Part shown: in pieces, positions 14,275 through 32,560 of the stretch
Layout: every line of letters begins with the position of its first letter
Numbering within the stretch: the stretch's first letter is position 1
Assembly: GCA_002269645.1 (NCBI GenBank)
Contig: NIVC01001356.1
Span: 1 to 64,000 of the forward strand
DNA from: Macrostomum lignano
Taxonomy: Eukaryota
DNA length: 64,000 bases
Reading direction: 5' to 3'
Position numbers and translations under genes: made by a program
Notes under the pieces: generated by a model
Database searches by the model: none
What the model was told of the DNA's origin: nothing
Seen by the model: the letters and a program-made list of their open reading frames with translations, nothing else

Positions 14275-14750
14275 ATCTGTCTCTCCCTCTCCTCTCAGTG
14301 TCTCCCCCTCTCCTCTGCGTGTCTCCCCCTCTCCTCTCAGTGTCTCTCCCTCTCCTCTCCGTGTCTCCCCCTCTCCTCTCAGTGTCTCCCCCTCTCCTCT
14401 CAGTGTCTCTCCCTCTCTTCTCAGTGTCTCTCCCTCTCCTCTCCGTGTCTCCCCCTCTCCTCTCCGTGTCTCCCCCTCTCCTCTCAGTGTCTCCCCCTCT
14501 CCTCTCCGTGTCTCCCCCTCTCCTCTGCGTGTCTCCCCCTCTCCTCTCTGTCTCTCTCTCTCCTCTCCGTGTCTCTCCCTCTCCTCTCCGTGTCTCTCCC
14601 TCTCCTCTCCGTGTCTCTCCCTCTCCTCTCAGTGTCTCCCCCTCTCCTCTCCGTGTCTCTCCCTCTCCTCTCCGTGTCTCTCTCTCTCCTCTCTGTGTCT
14701 CTCTCTCTCTCTCCTCTCAGTGTCTCTCCCTCTCCTCTCCGTGTGTCTCC
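14275..14750. repeat. 21 bp CT-rich minisatellite (CTCTCCTCTCAGTGTCTCCCC)
   Basis: Translates as 7-aa SPLSVSP repeats. Confidence 0.88.
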
Positions 14751-15052
14751 CAGCAGTAGTAGTGGTTTGTTTTGCAATTACTTTAATAGCACAATCAGCT
14801 TCCCATTGTATTGAAATGATGAAGGATTAAATTTTGAAGGAAGTATTTAAAATGTCTATGGCCAGAAGCTATTCTTGCAGTTCCAATAGAAGCTGACAAT
14901 AAATATTAGTATTAACTTAAATTAACCTGCTATGCTATACGAAGTAAAAAATTCCTTGAGATCCGTTTCGTGACCGGAAATGACAAAGTTAGACGGTTCA
15001 ATGGTCAGTCGGGAGAGCTGCTGAAGCGCTACATACTACTGTCATCCGCGCG

Positions 15053-15344
15053 ATGCCATGGTTGCACAAGTCGAAGAAATCCAGCAAAGCCTGCAGTTTC
15101 GGCGACTGTCCCGCAGCGGGCAAGAGCGGCAAAGTGCCGCAGGCGGCGTCGCCTCAGCAGCAGCTTCATCAGCCAGCTGCTTCTCACGATGAGCTCCAGG
15201 CAGCGCTGCACAGCGTGCTGGAGGCGCTGCGGAACCTCACAGAGAAGCAACGGCAGGGGCCGCCAGCGTCGCCACCTCAGCATCAGCCAGAAGCTCCTCA
15301 GCGTCGCCACAGGAGCTCCCAGGAGAAGAAGCTCGCAGATAAAA

Positions 15345-15375
<31 letters not shown>

Positions 15376-17458
15376 GCCGGAGCCCCCGCCAATTTCTGGC
15401 GAGACATTTCGCAACCTGCAGAACTACTTCAGCCGCATCAGCAGCCGAGGCCGGAGCTCCACCGAGGCTGCCGTCGCCGTCTCCATTGAGGAGAGCGGCA
15501 CGACCTTCGGCACCGACCAGCTCGACCCGCCCAGCTCCGCCAGCCGGTTGCGCCGCCGGAACTTCCGCCCGACGCGTCGGCAGCTGCTGCCACCGGAGGC
15601 CGACATCGTCAGCGGCCTCACCAGCGAGGACCTGCAGGCGTCGGACGCCAGTGGCGATGGTGACAAGGACGAAACCGCAGCCGATGACGCCACCGAGCGC
15701 CATGACGGCTCGCCAACGCGCCGATGCTTCCGGGGCGAGCTGATCGAAGCTGACGTCACTCCGGAGCGAGCCAGGTCCATCAGGAGCCCGCAGCCGCCGA
15801 CCCTGACAGCCCTCGGTTGCAGCGTTGTGACTCACTGCGGCTGCCCATCACAGCAGCCCGCAGCGATCCTGCTGATCCGCCAGGAGCCTTCGGTCTGTCG
15901 GCCGCCAGCCAGAGCCCCGAACCAGCAGCTGTCGCAGTGCGATGAGCAGCACAGGTGCAGCACCAAGAGCCTGCTCATCCGGGATGCAGTGCCAGAGGCG
16001 CTAAAGCCTCCAACTGAGCCGAGCGTTGCTGAAGCTGCTGAGAAGTCGGCGGACTGCGGCGTCGCTCCCTGCAGTACAGCTTTGAACACCTGCGCTGACG
16101 GAGACTCAATTAGCAAGACCGGCACCGGCTGCTCGACTGAGGCTGCTGATGCTGCTGATGAGGATGGCGAGGATGATGAGACCGACAGAAGCGGGAGCGA
16201 AGATGAAGATGGCGGCAGTGAAACTGAGGCTGGCAGCGCAGTGAACGGAAACACCGGTGCCTGGATGGGCTGCCGTGAGGCTGGCAGTGCAGTCGGTGCC
16301 AACGGAAACACCGGTGCCTGGACGGGCTGCCGTGAGGCTGGCAATACAGTCGGTGCCAACGGAAACAACGGTGCCTGGATTGGCTGCCGCGCTGGCGGAC
16401 CTCAGAACCCGCTGCAGGTGCACAGCGTGATCGAGTCAAAGCTCCTGGAGAGCGCCTGCGAGTCGTTTCCACCGACTGAGGCGGAGCTGGCGGCCCCGAG
16501 CAGCTCGAACGCGGTGGACTCGGAGCTGCCGCGATTCGGCAAAGTCGAGCTGCCGCCGGAGCCGCCCAGAACCGCTGAGCTGGGCTGCAACTCCAGCGGC
16601 AGCGCGAGCAGCGCCACGACGCTCGAGGTGCTGGACAACGGCAACGATGACTGCGACACCGAGGCTGGAGAGGGCGGCTCCTGCTGCACTTTCGACCCCG
16701 GCAAGAGCTCCGGGTTCGCTCAGCTGCTGCTCACCCTGGACCGAGCGCAGCGCCGTCTCGAAGGTCTGGCGCCGTCCGCTGTGCCGCCTCCGTCTGGAGA
16801 CTCGGCGGAGCCGCCCGTTGCGCCTGCGGCTCCGCAGCAGCAGCAGCAGCAGCAGCAGCGTCTGTACAAGCAGCGCGCGTCGGTGCAGACGCTGAACCAG
16901 ATGCTGCAGCGCTCGCCTTTCGTCTGCCGTGGGCGCGACAGATCGCCATCGACAGATGAAACCCAGCAGCAGCAGCAGCATCAGCAGCAGCAGCATCAGG
17001 AGCAGCAGCAGCAGCATCATCAGTATCAGCAGCAGCAGCAGCAGCAGCATCAGCAGCAGCAGCATCATCAGCATCAGCAGCAGCAGCATCATCAGCAGCA
17101 TCAGCAGCATCATCAGCATCAGCAGCAGCAGCAGCATCAGCAGCAGCAGCATCAGCAGCATCAGCAGCAGCAGCATCAGCAGCAGCAGCAGCAGCAGCAG
17201 CATCAGCAGCAGCAGCAGCAGCCATGGCAACCCATTCAACGACAGTCTCCAACTGCCTGGCAAAAGAGCTGCTGGACATTGTACCAGCAATTGTCTTGTC
17301 AGCCACAGCTCAGCGACCTGAACCAGAGCAACCCGCAGTCAGAGAAGCTCATCGTCACTACAGCCACGTCTCTGATGACGCTGACACAGAGTCTGCAGCG
17401 CTGTGTGCTCCAGATTGAAGCAGCCGTGAGCAGGCTGAATGGCAATAGCATCAGCTGA
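15053..17458 (+). CDS. Large coding exon (~800 aa), disordered, with polyQ/H tracts; possibly part of the RhoGAP N-terminus
   Basis: Continuous ORF of mostly non-repetitive, GC3-rich sequence; open upstream to 14993; ends TGA at 17456-17458. Connection to the 24502 exon not resolved. Confidence 0.65.
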
Positions 17459-17839
17459 GTGAAGCAAGCAGATATTCTCATCAAGGTAAACTCAACAGGT
17501 GACCCTGCCTGATATTAATGAGCTTTGATGAAGCCTTGGCAACAGCCCATGCTTATTTTCCATAACCTCGCTTTTGAGGAAATTTTTATGTCAAGAAAGT
17601 CAAAACGCATGCAACTACTTACAAGTAGCCAATTGTTGCCACTCAACTGCAGTTATTTTTGCATTAATACAAAACTTATGCTCTTAAGATGTCGCGTATT
17701 CGCAATGCCAGACAACATCAGAGTTGTACTCAGATTCAGTACAAGTAATACACTTGAGTTTGTGCGTTGGTACAGCCTCCATCTGTGTGCCTAGTATTAG
17801 AAATACCTAATATTTATGTTCTTATACTTAATAGAATCT

Positions 17840-18650
17840 GAGGGTGTAACTTCAGGCCCCTCAAGGATCTAAGGGTGCAGCTTCAGGCCCCTGAAGGATC
17901 TGAGGGTGCAGCTTCAGGCCCTGAAGGATCTGAGGGTGTAGCTTCAGGCCATTGAATGATCTGGAAGTGTAGCTTTAGGCCCCTGAAGGATCTGAGGGTG
18001 CAGCTTCAGGCCCCTAAAGGATCTGAGGGTGCAGCTTCAGGCGCCTGAAGGATCTGAAAGTGTAGCTTCAGGCCTCTGAAGGATCTGAGGGTGCAGTTTC
18101 AGGCCCCTGAAGGATCTGAGGGTGTAGCTTCAGGCCCCTGAAGGATCTGACAGTGCAGCTTCAGGCCCCTGAAGGATCTGAGGGTGTAGCTTCAGGCCCC
18201 TGAAGGATTTGAGGGTGTAGCTTCAGGCCCCTGAAGGATTTGAGGGTGTAGCTTCAGGCCCCTGAAGGATTTGAGGGTGTAGCTTCAGGCCCCTGAAGGA
18301 TCTGAGGGTGTAGCTTCAGGCCCCTAAAGGATCTGAAAGTGTAGCTTCAGGCCCCTGAAGGATCTGAGGGTGTAGCTTCAGGCCCCTAAAGGATCTGGAA
18401 GTGTAGCTTTAGGCCCCTGAAGGATCTGAGGGTGCAGCTTCAGGCCCCTAAAGGATCTGAGGGTGCAGCTTCAGGCGCCTGAAGGATCTGAGGGTGTAGC
18501 TTCAGGCCCCTGAAGGATCTGATAGTGTAGTTTCAGGCCCCTGAAGGATCTGAGGGTGTAGCTTCAGGCCCCTGAAGGATTTGAGGGTGCAGCTTCAGGC
18601 CCCTGAAGGATTTGAGAGTGTATAGCTTCAGGCCCCTAAAGGATCCGAAA
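17840..18650. repeat. 31 bp minisatellite (GAAGGATCTGAGGGTGTAGCTTCAGGCCCCT)
   Basis: About 25 tandem units. Confidence 0.92.
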
Positions 18651-18836
18651 GCATAGCGGAACAAAGACTTAAATCGTTTCAACAAAGATTTATTCCCCAA
18701 CAAATTGCGAATTCCGTAAGTGCATTTGTACTTTAATATATTTTACTGAAGGATAATATACGGCATAGCAAAAAACTAAGAAAAATAGAATACATGTCCG
18801 TAGATAGCTACTTTTTATTGTTTTTTAAGTAGCGTT

Positions 18837-21800
18837 TCAGAAATCTTCCCCCTTCAGGGAGGCAGATGTTGGTCGTTCGTCCGCAGCTTCTTGATTGTCT
18901 TCATCACTCATCTCGACCTTCCCTCTGCCTCTGCCATCAAGCTTCAAGTTCGCAGTCTTATTTTCTATTCTGTCCTCTTCATTTATGTCGTCCATAACCT
19001 GGCCACGGACACTTTTGTCCGGCTCAGTCACCGAGCTCTTCAGAAACTGAAAGGCTGCGACGCCGGTCAGAGCCTGGGGTGATTTTATCGTGGCGTTAAG
19101 AGACTGCTATGAGAACAAATAACAACTTCTCAAAATTTAACAGTAATCATCTCTAGTGTCGCTTTTAATACCTACTTCAGTTTTACTCTCAATCTCAGTC
19201 TCAGTCTGAATCTCAGTCTCAATCTCAATCTCAGTCTCAGTCTCAGTCTTCAATCTCAGTCTCAATCTCAATCTCAATCTCAGTCTCAGTCTCAATCTCA
19301 ATCTCAGTCTCAGTCTCAATCTCAATCTTAGTCTCAATCTCAGTCTCAATCTCAATCTTAGTCTCAATCTCAATCTCAATCTCAGTCTCAGTCTCAGTCT
19401 CAGTCTCAGTTTTAGTCTCAATCTCAGTCTCAATCTCAGTCTCAGTCTCAATCTCAGTCAGTCTCAGTCTCAATCTCAGTCTCAGTCTCAATCTCAGTCT
19501 CAATCTCAGTTTCAATCTCAATCTTAGTCTCAATCTCAATCTCAATCTCAGTCTTAGTCTCAGTCTCAATCTCAGTTTTAGTCTCAATCTCAGTCTCAAT
19601 CTCAGTCTCAGTCTCAATCTCAGTCAGTCTCAGTCTCAATCTCAGTCTCAGTCTCAATCTCAGTCTCAATCTCAGTTTCAATCTCAATCTCAGTCTCAAT
19701 CTCAGTCTCAATCTCAATCTCAATCTTAGTCTCAATCTCAATCTCAATCTCAGTCTCAGTCTCAGTCTCAATTTCAGTCTCAATCTCAGTCTCAATCTCA
19801 GTCTCAACCGTGTACGAGTACATTGGCGTCAAAGTGAGATGAGTTACCGGTCCAAAGTCTCAAAAACCTAGACTTTTTTAAAATATTCCTGTGAACTTCC
19901 CTCAGTCTCACAAAAACTCATCAGACCAGTCTGTTATAACTTATTAACTTATTATTAATGCTGTTCCCAGACCTAAAAAGTACAGATGAGGCCAGACTCA
20001 CATAAACCAGAATCACTGCGGCGTGAGCTCCACTGTAAATGTACAGCAGGGTTCGCATCCTCTTCGTGATCAGATCCAGGCAGTCCTGAAATTTAACAGG
20101 CTACTATAACACTATCTATAACAGGCTACTGTAACACTACAACAGGCTACTGTAACACTGCAACAGGCTACTGTAACACTACAACAGGCTACTGTAACAC
20201 TTTCTATAACAGGCTATTGTAACACTATCTACAACAGGCTATTGTAACACTATCTATAACAGGCTACTGTAACACTATCTATAACAGGCTACTGTAACAC
20301 TATCTATAACAGGCTACTGTTACACTATCTATAACAGGCTACTGTAACACTATCTATAACAGGCTACTGTTACACTATCTATAACAGGCTACTGTAACAC
20401 TATCTATAACAGGCTACTGTAACACTATCTATAACAGGCTACTGTTACACTATCTATAACAGGCTACTGTAACACTATCTATAACAGGCTACTGTAACAC
20501 TATCTATAACAGGCTACTGTTACACTATCTATAAGAGGCTGCAGAGCAGTGTTACAGGCCATTAACCTGAGCATGAATGGCGCCCCGTTTCCGGGCCTTC
20601 TCCATATTGTAGATGCCAGTGCAGTAGCCAGTCGCACTGGGGGCACTGATCAGTGTACCCTTGCCCCTGTGACCGCTTAGTGGTTGCACAGCGGTGCAGC
20701 AATGAACTGGTAGCAGAATTCGCTCAGATTTTCTATTAACATGATCTAACTTCAGCTGGCCAACTACTTCGTGCTTTTTTAATAGCTGTCTGTGCCAGGT
20801 TGAGTGCTTGAACAGGTTGTCGGAGTGATCTGCTCCAACCCAGTTGCAGCACAGCTCCTGTAGGTGTTTTTACGGAGGTATCTAAGGTAAACAAACATTG
20901 CTAGGGGAATAAAAACTACCGTTTCTAAGGTGAGCATTAGTTGATAGGGGAATTAAAAAGCTCGCGTATCTGAGGTTAACATTCGTTGCTAGGGAATTAA
21001 AAAGTGCCCGTTTCTAACGTAAACATTCGTTTCTAAATGTAGGGATTTAAAAACACTCCTTGTCTAAGGTTAACATTCGTTGCTAGGGAATTAAAAACTG
21101 CCCGTTTCTAGTGTAAAAATCCGTTGATAGGGAATTAAAAGCTGCCCGTATCTAAGGTTAACATTCGTTGCTAGGTAACTGAAAACTGCCCGTATCTAAG
21201 GTTAACATTCGTTGCTAGGTAACTGAAAGCTGCCCGTATCTAAGGTTAACATTCGTTGCTAGGTAACTGAAAACTGCCCGTATCTAAGGTTAACATTCGT
21301 TGCTAGGTAACTGAAAGCTGCCCGTATCTAAGGTTAACATTCGTTGCTAGGTAACTGAAAACTGCCCGTATCTAAGGTTAACATTCGTTGCTAGGGAATT
21401 AAAAACTGCTCGTTTCTAGTGTAAACATCCGTTGCTAGGGTATTAAAAGCTGCCCGTATCTAAGGTTGACATTCGTTGCTAGGGAACTGAAAACTGCCCG
21501 TATCTAAGGGTAACATTCGTTGCTAGGGAATTAAAAACTGCCCGTTTCTAGTGTAAACATCCGTTGCTAGGGAATTAAAAGCTGCCCGTATCTAAGGTTA
21601 ACATTCGTTGCTAGGGAACTGAAAACTGCCCGTATCTAAGGTTAACGTTCGTTACTAGGTAACTGAAAACTGCCCGTATCTAAGGTTAACATTCGTTACT
21701 AGGGAATTAAAAGCTGCCCGTATCTAAGGTTAACATTCGTTACTAGGGAATTAAAAGCTGCCCGTATCTAAGGTTAACATTCGTTGCTAGGTAACGGAAA

Positions 21801-23515
21801 ACTACCCGTATCTAAGGTTAACATTCGTTGCTAGGTAACTGAAAACTGCCCGTATCTAAGGATAACATCCGTTGCTAGGTAACGGAAAACTACCCGTATC
21901 TAAGGTTAACATTCGTTGCTAGGTAACTGAAAACTGCCCGTATCTAAGGATAACATCCGTTGCTAGGTAACGGAAAACTACCCGTATCTAAGGTTAACAT
22001 TCGTTGCCAGGTAACTGAAAACTGCCCGTATCTAAGGGTAACATTCGTTACTTGGGAATAAAAAACTGCCCGTATCTAAGGTAAAAATCCGTTGCTAGGG
22101 TAATTAAGAATTTCCCGTAGCTGATGATAAACATTCGTTGCTATAGGGAGGGTGGGTTAAACACTACCCATATCTGATGTAAGCATTGATTACTAAGCTG
22201 ACAACTAAAAATGATATTACTAATAAATCTAATATCAAAAGTTAGATGCTTGCAGCATGGCACCTTCTCAGCAAAGCTGTTAACCGCTTTGGTAAAACGG
22301 ATACCCGTGGAGTTGGCGGTGCTGCCGTAGTAGTCCATGGCCTGCCGCATGGCGGTCTCGGTGATTTCGTGAGTCCGAGTGCAGGAGATCAGCATTAGCG
22401 AAATGAGAAGTATTCGGCTGAGAAAGTCAATAGTGATGCCGATCAGAAGCTGGAAATATAAGGGAGATGCTTTTGGTCTGAACGGAATTAATGACAAATA
22501 GCTGCAGGCTCAGGTTAAATAGTTTGGTAGAGAGGAAGAGTGAGAGAGAGAGATGGAGAGGGGAGAAGGAGAGGAGGGAAAGGAAAAAGGGGAGAGAGGG
22601 AGGGGGGAGATGGAGAGAGGGGGGAGAGAGGGTAAGAGAAGGAGAAAGAGGAATAGAGAGAGAGAGAGAGAGGGGGGAGAGAGGGAGAGAGAGGGAGAGA
22701 GGGGGGAGAGAGGGAGAGAGAGAGAGGGGGAGAGAGGGAGAGAGAGGGAGAGAGAGAGGGAGAGAGAGAGGGAGAGAGAGGGAGAGAGAGGGGGGAGAGA
22801 GGGTAAGAGAAGGAGAAAGAGGAATAGAGAGAGAGAGAGAGAGAGGGGGGAGAGAGGGAGAGAGAGAGAGAAAGGGGGGGAGAGAGGGAGAGAGAGAGAG
22901 AGAGGGAGAGAGAGGGGGAGAGAGAGAGGGAAAGAGAGGGAGAGAGAGGGCGAGAGAGGGAGAGAGAGGGAGAGAGAGGGAGAGAGAGGGGGAGAGGGTG
23001 AGAGGGAGGTAGAGATAGAAAGAGAGAAGAGAAGGTAAAGGGAGAGTAGGGAAGGAGAGTGGGAGTGAGGGAGGAGAAAGATGGAAGAGAGAAGAGGGAG
23101 AAATGGTGGGAGAAGGGGAGAGGCACAGAGATGGGGTAATGGAGAGAGAGACAGTGAAGCTAAGAAACAGCTGGGCATCAAAGCAGGTGCCCAGATGTGC
23201 TAGTATAGCCGCAATGAATAGAATGAGAACCTTTCCCCCAGCCAGGTGACAGACCAGCGATATGACGAGCCTGCTGACCACACAGAAGCCAACAATGCCG
23301 CAGACTCCCAGTAACAGTCCGAGTACGCCCAGAATTATTGAGAGCACGCTCTGAGAAAAACTCCTAGTCGATGTTGCCGCAGTGGTGAACTCTTTTGATT
23401 CGCGATTGAGCTTTAAAAAATTGACCAGATCGAATATTAACATGGCAGCTGCGATGACGATCAAAAGGAAGCTTAGAAATATCAGGGCTGCTCCAGATCG
23501 TTTTAGCGAGGCCAT
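18837..23515 (-). CDS. Tetraspanin-family protein, 5 exons, 352 aa
   Basis: Exons 23515-23255, 22449-22264, 20857-20567, 20085-20002, 19073-18837; all introns GT-AG and phase 0; spliced frame has no stops. Four hydrophobic segments; large loop with CCN (for CCG), PVHCC, YC and DC; acidic tail ending KGEDF. The exon 1 donor (GTCTGT) is the least certain. Confidence 0.82.
19190..19808. repeat. (TCTCAG/TCTCAA)n hexamer array in tetraspanin intron 4
   Basis: Source of the RL and ET repeat ORFs. Confidence 0.92.
20095..20535. repeat. 25 bp minisatellite (AACAGGCTACTGTAACACTATCTAT) in tetraspanin intron 3
   Basis: Fills nearly the whole intron. Confidence 0.9.
20880..22140. repeat. 44 bp minisatellite (GCTAGGTAACTGAAAACTGCCCGTATCTAAGGTTAACATTCGTT) in tetraspanin intron 2
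   Basis: About 28 units, more degenerate at the edges. Confidence 0.92.
22525..23150. repeat. GA-rich polypurine tract in tetraspanin intron 1
   Basis: Direct reading. Confidence 0.9.
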
Positions 23516-23739
23516 TCGTGTTCTGTGTTGTCCAGTTAGTTGTTATAAAAAGGAAGAATAGTCACAATAAATACACAAGTAGTATTGACTTTTTTAAAAT
23601 ATTCAGCTAGTCCAGACACGGGTTCTGTTCATAGACATCGATTTAGTACCCTTTTTAGTCCAGATGCTGGGTGCTTTGGTGCCCTTGCGTCTTAAGTCAA
23701 ATCGTTTTTCTGAAAAAACTAATTAATAAGCTAATATGC

Positions 23740-24440
23740 ACAAGCCTTCCCCTGAACTCTATCTCTCTGCCCCCCAATGTACACATATCCTCAAGAACTT
23801 TAACCCCTCTGCCCTTATATGTACACAACAAGCCTTCCCGCAAACTCTATCACTCTGCCCCCAATGTACACATATCCCCCAGAGCTTTTACCCCTCTGCC
23901 CTTATGTGTACACAACAAGCCTTCCCGCAAACTCTATCACTCTGCCCCAATGTACACATATCCCCCAGAGCTTTTACCCCTCTGCCCTTATATGTACACA
24001 ACAAGCCTTCCCGCAAACTCTATCACTCTGCCCCAATGTACACATATCCCCCAGAGCTTTTACCCCTCTGCCCTTATATGTACACAACAAGCCTTCCCGC
24101 AAACTCTATCACTCTGCCCCAATGTACACATATCCCCCAGAGCTTTTACCCCTCTGCCCTTATATGTACACAACAAGCCTTCCCGCAAACTCTATCACTC
24201 TGCCCCCAATGTACACATATCCCCCAGAGCTTTTACCCCTCTGCCCTTATATGTACACAACAAGCCTTCCCGCAAACTCTATCACTCTGCCCCCAATGTA
24301 CACATATCCCCCAGAGCTTTTACCCCTCTGCCCTTATATGTACACAAGCCTTCCCCCAAACTCCATACCTCTGCCCCCAATGTACACATATCCCCCAGAG
24401 CTTTTACCCCTCTGCCCTTATATGTACACAAGCCTTACCC
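23740..24440. repeat. 86-87 bp tandem repeat built from two related ~43 bp halves (TGTACACA...CTCTGCCC)
   Basis: AATGTACACATATC recurs at 23776, 23863, 23949 and 24035 and continues. Confidence 0.9.
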
Positions 24441-24501
24441 GAATCAAAATCTAGGAAAAGAAAAATCTAAGAACTAATCCAACCGATGAATTTACTCGCA
24501 G

Positions 24502-30103
<5,602 letters not shown>

Positions 30104-30264
30104 GAGTTCACTGATTCATTGGCAGAAATAATTAACACACGAGCTATTTACTATTCTTTTGAATTTTGAAATCAGCTGAGGACCTTTGCGAGATGTGGGT
30201 TAAAAGAGATCTATAGGCCATGAAATTGAATACTTTATATCGATTGAGACTAGACCAGAAGACA

Positions 30265-30550
30265 GAAGGAGAGGAGAGGAGAGGGGAGAGAAGAGAGGAG
30301 AGGAGAGAGGAGAAGAGAGGAGAGAAGAGAAGAGAAGAGAGGGGAGGAGAGAGGAGAGGAGAGAGGAGAAGAGAGGAGAGAAGAGAAGAGAAGAGAGGGG
30401 AGGAGAGAGGAGAGGAGAGGAGAGGAGAGGAGAGGAGAGGAGAGGAGAGGAGAGGGAGGAGAGGAGAGGAGATGAGAGGAGAAAGGAGGAAAGAAAAGGA
30501 GGGGAGCGGAGAGGAGAGGAGACGGAGGAGAGGAGAGAGGATAGAAGAGG
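30265..30550. repeat. GAGAG/GAGGA polypurine tract
   Basis: Direct reading. Confidence 0.88.
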
Positions 30551-31254
30551 GGAGAGTGCAAGCAGACAAAGGCAGAAGTGCAAAACAGCCACACTTACAT
30601 GCAAGTAGTCCGTGGTCAGCCACCTCACAGATCAGTATCACAGAGTTAGAAACTATTATTAGAAAACGTGGAAACCCCCAAAACCAGAGACAGTTGCTGA
30701 TTAGGAAAATATTTATTGAATTTCACCAACTACCAGTGCGTATCGCTCTAATTATTGTTTTTATTGAACTGCATAACCTCTGTACAATCTGTCTGGCTAA
30801 TTTTGCTTCCAGTTCCGCGAGTCTGTCACACTGCCAGCATAGTCATTTTTTTCGCTTTTAAAATAAATAAATTCGAAATTTAACAGACCGACAATCCTCT
30901 GCTGCAATAATCATAGTTTTTGCAACTCACAATATCGCTGAATTTCTCTGTGTAAATAACAGCTTGCATAGTTGCCAATAATGAGATATATTACATTATA
31001 TAACATTTAAAACTGTTAAGATTTTTATTTATTTACCGGTAGGAAAACATTTTTATTGTTTTTTTCCTGAAACCAAATTCTGCTTTTTATAGAAAAGACG
31101 TGCTTTAATCAAGTTTAAGTACCGCTTTATACTACTAAGCTAGTTCGTGTCAAGTAGTATTTGCGCCTCAAGATTTACTCGTTAATTAATAAATAAATAT
31201 TAATTATTTTTGTTCTCATCAATTCCAACGGTAACGCCTGTTCTCTGTGAGTCT

Positions 31255-32560
31255 TACATTTGTCCTGTCAATGTCCTCTCTGTGTCCTGCCAATGTCCTC
31301 CCTGTGTCCTGCCAATGTCTTCCCTGTGTCCTTCCAATGTCCTCCAGCTGTGTCCTTCCAATGTCCTCCCTGTGTCCTTCCAATGTCCTTCTGTGTCCTT
31401 CCAAAGTCCTCCCTGTGTCCTTCCAATGTCCTCCTTGTGCCCTTCCAATGTCCTCTCTGTGCCCTTCCAATGTCCTCTCTGTGTCCTTCCAATGTCCTCT
31501 CTGTGTCCTTCCAATGTCCTCCCTGTGTCCTGCCAATGTCCTCCCTGTGTCCTTCCAATGTCCTTCTGTGTCCTTCCAAAGTCCTCTCTGTGTCCTTCCA
31601 ATATCCTCCCTGTGTCCTGCCAATGTCCTCCAGCTGTGTCCTGCCAATGTCCTCCCTGTGTCCTTCCAATATCCTCCCTGTGTCCTTCCAATATCCTCCC
31701 TGTGTCCTGCCAATGTCCTCCCTGTGTCCTTCCAATGTCCTCCCTGTGTCCTTCCAATATCCTCCCTGTGTCCAGCCAATGTCCTCCCTGTGTCCTGCCA
31801 ATGTCCTCCCTGTGTCCTTCCAATGTCCTCCCTGTGTCCTGCCAATATCCTCCCTGTGTCCTGCCAATATCCTCCGTGTCCTGCCAATGTCCTCCAGCTG
31901 TGTCCTGCCAATGTCCTCCCTGTGTCCTACCAATTTCCTCCCTGTGTCCTTCCAATGTCCTTCTGTGTCCTTCCAAAGTCCTCCCTGTGTCCTTCCAATG
32001 TCCTCCTTGTGTCCTTCCAATGTCCTCTCTGTGTCCTTCCAATGTCCTCCCTGTGTCCTTCCAATATCCTCCCTGTGTCCTTCCAATATCCTCCCTGTGT
32101 CCTTCCAATATCCTCCCTGTGTCCTGCCAATGTCATCCAGCTGTGTCCTGCCAATGTCCTCCCTGTGTCCTACCAATTTCCTCCCTGTGTCCTTCCAATG
32201 TCCTTCTGTGTCCTTCCAAAGTCCTCCCTGTGTCCTTCCAATGTCCTCCTTGTGTCCTTCCAATGTCCTCTCTGTGTCCTTCCAATGTCCTCCCTGTGTC
32301 CTTCCAATATCCTCCCTGTGTCCTTCCAATATCCTCCCTGTGTCCTGCCAATGTCCTCCAGCTGTGTCCTGCCAATGTCCTCCCTGTGTCCTGCCAATGT
32401 CCTCCAGCTGTGTCCTGCCAATGTCCTCCCTGTGTCCTGCCAATGTCATCCCTGTGTCCTGCCAATGTCCTGCCTGTGTCCTTCCAATATCCTCCCTGTG
32501 TCCTTCCAATATCCTCCCTGTGTCCAGCCAATGTCCTCCCTGTGTCCTGCCAGTGCCATA
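31255..32560. repeat. 22 bp minisatellite (GTGTCCTTCCAATGTCCTCCCT) with 19 and 25 bp variants
   Basis: Source of the Cys/Pro-rich pseudo-ORFs in several frames. Confidence 0.93.

Noticed and set aside
15029-17306. Several long antisense and alternate-frame ORFs over the big exon
   Set aside because: Shadows of GC-rich coding and CAG repeats; poly-A/L/S products.
20880-22140. CRISPR-like regular arrays (also 8625-9700, 17840-18650, 37150-37420)
   Set aside because: Head-to-tail tandem units with no unique spacers, no cas genes, eukaryotic intronic context.
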